Assembly (NCBI GenBank): GCA_965206745.1
Contig: OZ242220.1
Span: 992,001 to 1,056,000 of the forward strand
DNA length: 64,000 nt
DNA from: Nitrosopumilus sp.
GTDB taxonomy: Archaea > Thermoproteota > Nitrososphaeria > Nitrososphaerales > Nitrosopumilaceae
Direction of reading: 5' to 3'
This document shows, one piece after another, positions 30,142 through 38,975 of this stretch (position 1 is its first letter; each line of letters begins with the position of its first letter). The translations under genes were made by a program, and so were the position numbers. Under the pieces are notes generated by a model. The model had not been told where the DNA came from. It ran no database searches and saw only the letters and a program-made list of their open reading frames with translations.

Positions 30142-31821
30142 TTAAATCTCATCGATTCCCAAAACATCATAGTATGCCTTTGGAATCATCTGCTGTCCCT
30201 TGAAGAGGACATTGTTCACTGCCGTATCCAAGACATATGTTTTTGCCCAATCATCATCGCTTCTAATTGAACGGCCAAACCCCTGTAGGATTTTGGTGAG
30301 GGTTTGAGAAGTGTACCATGAGGGAAATCTGTTCATCTTGGCCTTTGTCCTCTTTTCAGTGTAATTCGGGTATGGAACTTTGGCAATTATTTGGAATCTG
30401 GACAGATCGTCTTTCAAATCAACTCCTTCCCAAAGAGAGGAGGAAAGCAAAACCCCAGTCGGATCAGTTGCATGCTCTGAAATTACCTCATCTTGAGTTT
30501 TTCCATCCTTATTTCTACTATGACACAGCCTAACTCTTTGAGTATTTTTTGGAGAAAGATGGCCAATGATTTTTTGGCATCTTGGAATTGACGAGGTCAG
30601 AATTAACCCGCGTTGGTTTGAGTGCTCATCTAGTATCCTGTCAATTGCCCTGATAACCTCCAGTTCGTCTTCATCAGTGGAACCGTAACTCAGCCTTCTG
30701 ATGTTGAGAAGATCTATGCTCCTGTGCTCAATTGGGAAGGGGGATTTTATCGTATCGACAAATGCGACATCATCTTGCTGCAATCCCATGTTTTCACAGA
30801 AACTTAATTTGTCGATAGTTGCAGACATGAACAACTGGTACTCTGTCTCAAAAAAAGAGTTGGCAAATTTTGAAACATCAATGGGCTTGACTGAAATCGT
30901 TCTAAAATTCCCATTAAAGTCTTTGAGGGGGGCATTTACGACAAAATTATCCTTATCGGACATGATGTCTATTTTTGCCTGTGCGGCCCTATCGTAACGT
31001 CGCTCCAGTCCTGATATCAGTTCATAGTCAGGGTTGCTTTGAAAGGCAGTACTTTCTTTGGTGTCCTTGATTTTTTTAGCATAAGAATGGGCCATATCCT
31101 CAGTCAGCTTTATCACAGAATCCAAATCTGCAAAATCGTATTTTTCAGAATTGAGGTGGCACTCATCTACCTGTCCTGCAAAAATATCCAATCCGACAAA
31201 CTGGATTATTTGATCTTCGATCTTGTGGGCCTCATCAAAGACGGTTATTTTTCTATCCAGATAGCCCTCAAAGAGTTTTTTGTTAAATTTCATAATTGTA
31301 AAAAACGCATGGTAATTCCAAAGGGAATGCTTTGAAACCAAGGCATCGTACTTTTGCATGTAATAATGGCAAGATTCAGAGTCAGCGGTATTCTCTTCGA
31401 CCTGTTTTAGGGTGGGCTTGAATTTGCAGATCTCAAAGACTTCCTTGCCGTTTTTTGAGATCCTTTCTTGACATACACCCTTGTCACATGTCAGACCCCA
31501 CCTCATGGCCTTTCTGTCATTGTCAACTTTTTCAGATCCCATTAGTTTGAGACATGGAAAATTTTGCTTGCCCTTTACAGGTTTCAGAAATGGAATATCT
31601 TTGATGTACTGATCTTGAAGATGCTTTGATGCTGTAACGGTAAAAGAACTATCAAAATAATTTGAAATAGTGGCCCCTACAAGAGACTTTCCAACCCCAG
31701 TTGGGGCGCATAATATGATTTTCTTGAATCCTGATTTTATTTTCTCGTCTATCTGAGAGATGATCTCCTTTTGAATTTTCCTAGGAGTAAAGTGATCTGG
31801 GAATTTTTCTAATAAAGACAG
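30142..31821 (-). CDS. XPD/DinG-family Fe-S SF2 helicase, probable non-canonical CTG start
   Basis: The frame stays open 93 codons upstream of the tracked ATG (31542) and contains FTPRKIQ and Walker A APTGVGKS; also DEAH, SAT, WEGVD and QGFGRSIR motifs plus a Cys cluster. Confidence 0.85.
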   Translation of the reverse strand: MSLLEKFPDHFTPRKIQKEIISQIDEKIKSGFKKIILCAPTGVGKSLVGATISNYFDSSFTVTASKHLQDQYIKDIPFLKPVKGKQNFPCLKLMGSEKVDNDRKAMRWGLTCDKGVCQERISKNGKEVFEICKFKPTLKQVEENTADSESCHYYMQKYDALVSKHSLWNYHAFFTIMKFNKKLFEGYLDRKITVFDEAHKIEDQIIQFVGLDIFAGQVDECHLNSEKYDFADLDSVIKLTEDMAHSYAKKIKDTKESTAFQSNPDYELISGLERRYDRAAQAKIDIMSDKDNFVVNAPLKDFNGNFRTISVKPIDVSKFANSFFETEYQLFMSATIDKLSFCENMGLQQDDVAFVDTIKSPFPIEHRSIDLLNIRRLSYGSTDEDELEVIRAIDRILDEHSNQRGLILTSSIPRCQKIIGHLSPKNTQRVRLCHSRNKDGKTQDEVISEHATDPTGVLLSSSLWEGVDLKDDLSRFQIIAKVPYPNYTEKRTKAKMNRFPSWYTSQTLTKILQGFGRSIRSDDDWAKTYVLDTAVNNVLFKGQQMIPKAYYDVLGIDEI

Positions 31822-31921
31822 GATTACATCTTCTTTTATTCAATATTAAAAGCATGAGGGTTATTGGAATATGGTGTTGTTTTGTAACTTAGTTTAATAT
31901 CTAGTACCATTACGTTAGATC

Positions 31922-32239
31922 ATGGAATTGATAGATGATAAAATGAGGGTCTGGACCGATAGTGCCCAATATGTAAAACAGAGCGCAGGGGTATACATCC
32001 TATACAACCGAAACAGAGATCCAATATACATAGGTGAGACAGACAGTCTTGCAGAAAGGTTTGCAAAATACACAGATACCGAATTTGAGGGAAATGAGTG
32101 TAAACAAAAAACATCGTTTTATCAAAGAGAATTTGCAGAAAATCCAAAGGAAATTCAGCAGAGATTAATTGCGGATTTTAAAAATGAGACTGGTGATATC
32201 CCGGTTTGTAATGCAGGGATTAAGGTAAAAACACATTAG
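31922..32239 (+). CDS. GIY-YIG-like nuclease domain protein
   Basis: AGVYILY...IYIGET..L..RF pattern. Confidence 0.75.
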   Translation: MELIDDKMRVWTDSAQYVKQSAGVYILYNRNRDPIYIGETDSLAERFAKYTDTEFEGNECKQKTSFYQREFAENPKEIQQRLIADFKNETGDIPVCNAGIKVKTH

Positions 32240-32348
32240 GAAAATACGCGATATCATAATATCTCATAGAAATATCCCCACCTGCATTTGAAAGAAATTC
32301 CGTATTCCTTCAAGAAAGTAATTTATCATAGATGGACGTACTAATACA

Positions 32349-32483
32349 ATGCATCAGTGTTATTATTGCGAGCAACTGTTTGAATCAAAAGAAAAGTTAT
32401 ACGAGCATGTCGAGATACATTCAGATATTGAAAGGAACAGAGAAATCACAGACAGGAAGAAACGAAAAGCGAAAAAACAATGA
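32349..32483 (+). CDS. 44-aa classical C2H2 zinc-finger microprotein
   Basis: MHQCYYCEQLFESKEKLYEHVEIHSDIERNREITDRKKRKAKKQ; below the ORF-track length cutoff. Confidence 0.7.
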   Translation: MHQCYYCEQLFESKEKLYEHVEIHSDIERNREITDRKKRKAKKQ

Positions 32484-32565
32484 TTTCAGCCTAGATTAAA
32501 AAAAGAGCAGAGGTCAGAATCTTTCAAATTCTGGAGTGAATATAAGAATTATTTTCACATACAAT

Positions 32566-32832
32566 ATGGATTGGGTTGAGGCGTTATTACAAAAATCATA
32601 TGAAAGAACACTTACAAAAGGAGAAGTACTGCACAGTCTCTTCCACATGATTGAGGTAAATGAAAATACTCTAAACCGCATCCAAACAAACAAAACAGAT
32701 TTTGGTCCGGAACTAGAAGAATTAAAACAGACAGAAATACGAGATTTGGGTTTTCATTTGAAATATTATCGAAGTTTGGTCAATTATATCGATTCGACTC
32801 CTGAAAATAAAATCATAGAAAACAAATCTTAA
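32566..32832 (+). CDS. Hypothetical protein
   Basis: ORF from MDWVEALL; helical and charged. Confidence 0.55.
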   Translation: MDWVEALLQKSYERTLTKGEVLHSLFHMIEVNENTLNRIQTNKTDFGPELEELKQTEIRDLGFHLKYYRSLVNYIDSTPENKIIENKS

Positions 32833-33013
32833 CCATCAAAGAACATCACAAGATGTAAGAATGAGGTTTTTCTGTAATAATTCATTAATTTTTAGCATGA
32901 ATGGCATTACACTTTGAGAATTCATCGCATTTGAATTTAGTTGGTTTTAGAGTTTCCATAAGGGTGTGTTTCTTTGTTTAGACCTGGCAAATCAGCGCAC
33001 ACTGCAAGGCAAA

Positions 33014-33547
33014 TTATAGATGTAGTTTCTTAAAGACTGAATCATAATTGGATTGTGACTCTATGTTCTTGCCATAGTTTGTGTCATGATGGTATTTTAG
33101 AGATTTTTCATAAAATAATTTTTCTAGTTTTTCCACCTCATCGTGGATCATTTTGCCCGAATCTACTTTTGCAAACTGTTTTTGCTGCTCTGTATTTTGA
33201 CCTCGCGTGGAGAAATATTTTTTGTAAAATCTCTCTTGTAAATTTGTCATATTCTCACGTTTGATTTGTTCTGCGAGATCAAAAGTGCCTTGTTCGTGAT
33301 TAAGCAAAGAATCATTTGCCTCAGATGAACGTACCCAAGAAAGTAAGGGGTGAAATTCTACATAAAGCGAGATATCTCTAATTAAGAAAATGATCTTTCC
33401 ATCAACTTTATCTGAATCTACAACCCAGGTAAATCTGAATTTGATAATACTGTGGCTGTCTTCAAATACGGCAGGATTGGATTCTGCCTTAAAATCAGAC
33501 CAGGAAAGGGCAAGATCGTCTGACCACTCCAAAGATGTTTTCTCCAT
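33014..33547 (-). CDS. DUF922-like (putative Zn-dependent protease fold) protein
   Basis: LSWSDFK, LSWV and LLNHEQGTFDLAE motifs. Confidence 0.7.
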   Translation of the reverse strand: MEKTSLEWSDDLALSWSDFKAESNPAVFEDSHSIIKFRFTWVVDSDKVDGKIIFLIRDISLYVEFHPLLSWVRSSEANDSLLNHEQGTFDLAEQIKRENMTNLQERFYKKYFSTRGQNTEQQKQFAKVDSGKMIHDEVEKLEKLFYEKSLKYHHDTNYGKNIESQSNYDSVFKKLHL

Positions 33548-34085
33548 ACTAAGACAGGTTTTCACGAGAATAAAATTATTCTTTATTTCTCCATGCTAAA
33601 TCACGGAATGTGATCCTTCAAAAAACATCAGATATGCAGAAAAATCCAAACATGGCAGATATACAAGGATTCCAAACAGATGAATCCTATTTTGGACAAG
33701 TCAAAGAGGGGACAATAATGGAGCGCATGTGTACAACAGGCTTGTTGGTAAAAGTTGATCTTCTAAATTTCAGGCTCGGCTTCATAGAGTTTGAGTAGAT
33801 CATTTTTTCAACCCTTTTTGATTAAAATTCAAGACACGGTTAATTTTAAGAGTTTTTCAAAAGACAGATTATTACAAATATTGAAAGCAAGGTGATTGCG
33901 GATTTGATATCTACTGTAACCCCCAAAGGGCCGATGAAACGGATATCAAATTTGCTTGCTTTCACAAACTCTAAACTATTAATTTCGGCAATTTTCCATG
34001 ATCAACCATGATAATGAAATTTTATGTCTGGATGGGGATTTCAGTATCTGCACTAGTTGCAGGATTAGTCTTGTTATTTGGGTGA

Positions 34086-34985
34086 TTAGGATGCAATTTC
34101 AAAATTAGGATAACATTCAAGTTGGCTCAAGATGCCGTTGATTTGTGCGATTAGTTCATTTTGTTGATCAATTAAACCGTTTACTTTTTTGACTTGTAGG
34201 TTAATTTGCTCATAGGCCAGTTGGGCTTTTTCATACTCCTTTGGAGGAAGTGTTTTGCCTTCATAGTATTTGTACTGGTTATTGTATTGATCATATTGTG
34301 ATTGTTCACGAGCAATCCTGTCATCTAGTGACTCAATTTGGAATTCAATCTCTTTTTGTTGCACAATCAATGGTTTTTGCCCTACATAAAGTCCATCAAA
34401 TCTTGGAGGAATAACATATCCACTAGCATCAAAATTAATTTCAGGCGATTCAGCAGAATACATCAGATGGTTCTCCTCGCTAGCATGCCCCAATCCCAAT
34501 GCGTGCCCTATCTCGTGCATCAGAATATCGGCAACCATGTCTTGATCATTTTGAACAAAATCAGAGTTGCAGTCTTTTGCACCGACAGATATATCCAAAA
34601 CACAGTGATTTTGGATTCCAAGTATGCCAGTATTGCATGTTGCAAGGCCAGTGTGGGTGGATGAGGCATATTTCTGCCATTTTATTTCAATGTTGGCATT
34701 ACTAGATTTTACAAATTCCAAATCAGGGTTGTTTTGCTCCCATGTCTTAATTGCTTTTTTTAATGCCTCAGTCGGGATTTGCCTGTCTGGAACATCTGGA
34801 ACATCCTCAAAAGAATAGTAAATGACCTGATGATCATCAAGAGATATAATATTGGAGATTCGTTGAAGATTTTCAATGGAAGGGGACAGTCGGTTGCTAG
34901 TCTCTGCGGGCAAAGGCAACAAATCAGCATACCACACATAGCCAATCCCGATTAGAATGACAACTAGGAGGATTGCTTTCAACAA
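34086..34985 (-). CDS. Matrixin/M10-like metallopeptidase with C-terminal coiled coil
   Basis: HEIGHALGLGH...LMY Met-turn; N-terminal TM helix. Confidence 0.85.
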   Translation of the reverse strand: MLKAILLVVILIGIGYVWYADLLPLPAETSNRLSPSIENLQRISNIISLDDHQVIYYSFEDVPDVPDRQIPTEALKKAIKTWEQNNPDLEFVKSSNANIEIKWQKYASSTHTGLATCNTGILGIQNHCVLDISVGAKDCNSDFVQNDQDMVADILMHEIGHALGLGHASEENHLMYSAESPEINFDASGYVIPPRFDGLYVGQKPLIVQQKEIEFQIESLDDRIAREQSQYDQYNNQYKYYEGKTLPPKEYEKAQLAYEQINLQVKKVNGLIDQQNELIAQINGILSQLECYPNFEIAS

Positions 34986-35476
34986 TTAATCAAACAGCAT
35001 AAAGTAAGTAAAACTTTCCACCAAATCAACGGATTCCGGGCTCAAGGATGTTTTGCAATAAATTGAGCCTGTTTATTTTAAAGGAATGATCAAAGGGAAT
35101 ACGATACAAATAGATAATGCCACCAATTGCCTTAACGCAGTTGGACATACATTGACAATCTTATCGATGGCTTGAGATTCTGATCCGGATGAGGGTTTTT
35201 CAGGCAATCTGATTCTGTTCATCAGAAAGCAGTTGCCAGTCAAAGGGTAAGAATTTCAAGATATTTTAAAACTCAGAATAACATCAGGTATAATTCTGAC
35301 ATAATACTACAGTATGACAATTTCCCAATCATAGTCAATATCATCAATGATTTCAAAGAATAGCTTTTGCAAATACAACTAAATTTATTTTGAAATTTTC
35401 CCATAAAAATACCATAATTCATCGAAAAATCAAATATAATTTATTAACAATAGAGTTTTGATAGATTCGTACTAGC

Positions 35477-35683
35477 ATGACTGAATGCCCCACATGTAAA
35501 CTTGCAATGGAATCACATTCTACAGAGGAGTTGATGGAGTGTTGTATGAAACAGGTAGGCGATGAGTTTTCTGAGCAAGAATCAGGCATTTGTCCCAATT
35601 GCAAACACGACATCAAAGAGCACGCCAGTAAAGAACTTGCAGAGTGTACTCTGGAATTTCTAAAGTCCGGGATTAACAGGTAA
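35477..35683 (+). CDS. Small protein with two tandem C-x2-C-x6-H-x7-C modules
   Basis: CPTCKLAMESHSTEELMEC and CPNCKHDIKEHASKELAEC. Confidence 0.7.
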   Translation: MTECPTCKLAMESHSTEELMECCMKQVGDEFSEQESGICPNCKHDIKEHASKELAECTLEFLKSGINR

Positions 35684-35712
35684 AACAAGATAAGATTAAA
35701 CAGAAGAAAGGA

Positions 35713-36312
35713 ATGGGAAGGTCATTGGATCAGATAACAAAAAAACTAATTCAGGAATATTCTCCAATGTGGACCAACAGACAGATATGGGAATATGAGC
35801 AAATTAATCAGGAATTGACTTTTGATACAGTCTATGCAAAACGCGACAATTTTGAATCATGGAAGACAAAACTAGCACGACCTGACTCAGATATCAGGGA
35901 GGTCATAGTTGGAACATTTGATAATTTTTTGGAAGGGTACGAACTGTGGATTTCAAACAAGGATCAAGGGAAATTAGATTCAAAATATGTGGCCTATCTC
36001 ATGTCAGTCATGGCAGATATCATGATAGATGACGAGGTTTGCCTCAATTTTAGAATTGAAGATGATTGCCTGATAGCGGCAATGGATGAGAAGGCAGATG
36101 TAATTGACTGTAAAGAATTCTTTGAGGAATTTTATCATTTGGCCACAGGGTTTAATTTTGGCACAGATACAGGAATTCCAGATGATGAGACAGAAGCCCA
36201 AATGTACCTTACAAGGTTGCAAGAAGAGTTTGATGAGAGAATGAGAGACAATCTAGGGGACAGATACTTGCCAGGCAACAAGGATCCTGACACATTGCAT
36301 GCCAATGATTGA
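35713..36312 (+). CDS. Hypothetical protein
   Basis: 199-aa acidic ORF co-oriented with its neighbours. Confidence 0.65.
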   Translation: MGRSLDQITKKLIQEYSPMWTNRQIWEYEQINQELTFDTVYAKRDNFESWKTKLARPDSDIREVIVGTFDNFLEGYELWISNKDQGKLDSKYVAYLMSVMADIMIDDEVCLNFRIEDDCLIAAMDEKADVIDCKEFFEEFYHLATGFNFGTDTGIPDDETEAQMYLTRLQEEFDERMRDNLGDRYLPGNKDPDTLHAND

Positions 36313-36341
36313 GCTAAAATACAAGATGAATCTAGTGAAAA

Positions 36342-36710
36342 ATGATGCCAGAGAGAAAACAATATAGAAACTTTAAGAAACGCGAGCCAAGCATGACTAC
36401 AGAGCAAAAGATAGAGGGTTTTGTAAAGAGAAATTCCCAAAATGGGTTTTTTACCAAGGTTTCAACCCTGTCATACAAGTTTGGCATATCAGAGGACATG
36501 GCATGGAGTGTCGTTGGGGAGCTGCTATCTGAAGGATCATTTGAGTCAATTCATGACGAGTATTCAGGGGAGATGAAGCTGTGTGAGTTTGGAAAGACAT
36601 ATGCTATAATGGATTTGGAGAGAAAGAGAAAGAGGGACCGATACAAGGCAAACAGTAAAAAACAAAACAATGAAAGAAGAAGTTCAAAACCCAGCAATGA
36701 AAACTCTTAA
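36342..36710 (+). CDS. Hypothetical protein, possible wHTH
   Basis: VSTLSYKFGISEDMAWSVVGELL helix-turn-helix-like segment. Confidence 0.6.
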   Translation: MMPERKQYRNFKKREPSMTTEQKIEGFVKRNSQNGFFTKVSTLSYKFGISEDMAWSVVGELLSEGSFESIHDEYSGEMKLCEFGKTYAIMDLERKRKRDRYKANSKKQNNERRSSKPSNENS

Positions 36711-37639
36711 TTTCAAATTAATTTTAAACCATTCATGTATGAGAACTTGTTTGCTCAATTCCAGCAGATCATAAAACCAAGAAAGAGAGAAAGAATGAAA
36801 AATGATACAGTGTAAGTTATGCGGTACACCATTGGGCAAGAAACCGACCACCGAAGAGCTGCAAGTCCACTGGAAGAAGCATCACAGTTGGCACTGGGAA
36901 TCAAACAGAGACAAAACTCCAGAAGAGGCATTGTTAAAAAAGAGATAACAAATCTTGGCAGGGTAATAGTTTACAGCATATGCATACTAAAATCTCCAAA
37001 AAGTGGCAAGTAACAAAATGCAAAAGATAGATCAAATTTTGTTAGTATTTTTTGATTTATCTTGTAAATGGATGTAAGTTTCGGACATGGATAAAATTAA
37101 TGAATCCATACATTAATCAATAAAGAATCGATGTAAAAGATGAAATGCAATCTTTGGCCAATCAGTGATAAAGAATTTGATTTGAACCTGCAATTATAAA
37201 TCAGACATCAGGATACATGCCAAAAATAAAAACATGCCATCAAAGCAGTAAAAAATACCGGTGAAAGACCATCAATCCTGTTTGATGAATAATGTTCATG
37301 TACACTAAAAGGACGAAATCAAAAATGGGATCAATTCATTCAAAATTGTGGAAAGATAAAAACCAACAATGAATCAATCAGGATTTGAAACATGAAGGAA
37401 TTGTTTGTCAATAGACAATGTAAATATGAAAGTGATGGTTTGATTTTTTATTCAATCTCAAGTTTGAATATGGTTTGACAGAGAGGTTTAATTTAGATAG
37501 AAGAAAAGAACTGTCATGTTTTCCCAATCCCGGCACGGTGTTACTTAGAGAAAAGGATTATAGATGCGAGCTTGGAATGTGTCATGAAGGACATTATAAA
37601 ACAGAATGCAAGGATAACCAATAATTAGAAAGCATTATT

Positions 37640-38131
37640 TTGATTAAAGATTACAGTCAAATCATGTCTTTGGATATTGCTTGGAAGAGTAATTTTTACG
37701 GAATTTCCTGGGCATATGAGAAAGACAGGCTAGTAGTCTCCACAGTATTTGAGGACAAAAAGGAAGCAATCGCAATTGCAAAAGAGATCGAGGATTGGAG
37801 TGATAAATTTACCCGATTAACTATAATTGAGAAGGATAATGACGAGTTTGCCATATGCTGCTATCAAGACCCGCAAATTTCAAAAAAGGAGAGTCATTTA
37901 GGGCTATTTCGGACAGGAATGAGACAGAGCGGTGGGTATGAACAGGCAAAGCCAATGATCGTTGAAAAACCACCACTATTACAAATAGCGTATGCAGCAG
38001 ATGTTCGAGATATGAACACATATGAGCAAATTTCACGGCTAGTTCCAATGCGAAAATGCAGGATCATATCTGAAAAAGACTTGAAGAAGCAAGAATACTA
38101 TTACGAGAAAACTGCAAGTGCACAGAATTAA
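37640..38131 (+). CDS. Hypothetical protein
   Basis: 163-aa ORF within AT-rich DNA. Confidence 0.6.
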   Translation: MIKDYSQIMSLDIAWKSNFYGISWAYEKDRLVVSTVFEDKKEAIAIAKEIEDWSDKFTRLTIIEKDNDEFAICCYQDPQISKKESHLGLFRTGMRQSGGYEQAKPMIVEKPPLLQIAYAADVRDMNTYEQISRLVPMRKCRIISEKDLKKQEYYYEKTASAQN

Positions 38132-38457
38132 AAAAAAGGTGAGATTCAAATGAATCTAAGATTGAATCATCACCAGGTATGGTCAGGTAACACAACTAAC
38201 TCAGATTCGATATAAAGCAACACTACTCTTTTGTACGAATAAATGATACTGACAAATCATTCATCTTTGTTAAATAGAAATTTTTACAGTCATATGATAT
38301 GGAAGATAGTAATAATCAACAAGAGTGGGAAGAAGTGATAGGCCTCGGATGGCTTGTCTCAGAGGAATAAATACAGGTTTACTGTATCCAGTCCAAATTC
38401 TAGGTGTGAATCAGAGACACCAAACTGCTTTAGAATTATCCAAAGCGTTTATTTTTT

Positions 38458-38835
38458 ACTTTGTTGTATGACTTGACTCATTCAGATGATCACCTGACAC
38501 AATCTAGTCCAAACTGCACTCTCTGAAATCATGCCAGTACCATCCTGTTGTTATACAGCAACTTGAGTTTCATCTCATGCTGCTGTGCTTGTATATTATC
38601 AAATCATCTCTATCTATTACCTCTATCACTGCACTGTCAATTGCAATAGTAATGATGCCATGTGTGTCTGCTAGGAGTCAAGATATAACAGATTTATTTT
38701 TCATACGGTGCTGTATAAGGCAACCATGACTTTATCATCAAACACGTATTCGGATCCGATGTCTGTATGGCAATGTACAGTAGAGATGAATCAGCAAGAA
38801 TCATCATCAATTCATCCAAATATCATTCTCATGGT
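38458..38835 (-). mobile_element. 3' half, with right TIR, of a second copy of the IS903-like element
   Basis: Reverse complement aligns with ~27150-27547; TIR actttgttgtatgactt at 38458-38474. Confidence 0.8.
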
Positions 38836-38874
38836 GGGTTCGCCTCCAAAAGGGAACCGGCAGCGTACAAGAGC

Positions 38875-38975
38875 ACCATGCAACGGTATTACCATGCAAC
38901 GGTATTACCATGCAACGGTATTACCATGCAACGGTATTACCATGCAACGGTATTACCATGCAACGATATTACCAT
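38875..38975. repeat. 16-bp tandem repeat ACCATGCAACGGTATT x5 plus one variant unit
   Basis: Units start at 38875, 38891, 38907, 38923, 38939 and 38955 (G>A variant). Confidence 0.95.

Noticed and set aside
36720-37600. Genes in the AT-rich gap (e.g. ORF 36819-37013)
   Set aside because: No recognisable motifs; looks like eroded sequence that I cannot assign.
38875-38975. CRISPR array
   Set aside because: Units are contiguous 16-mers with no spacers, and there are no cas genes in the window.
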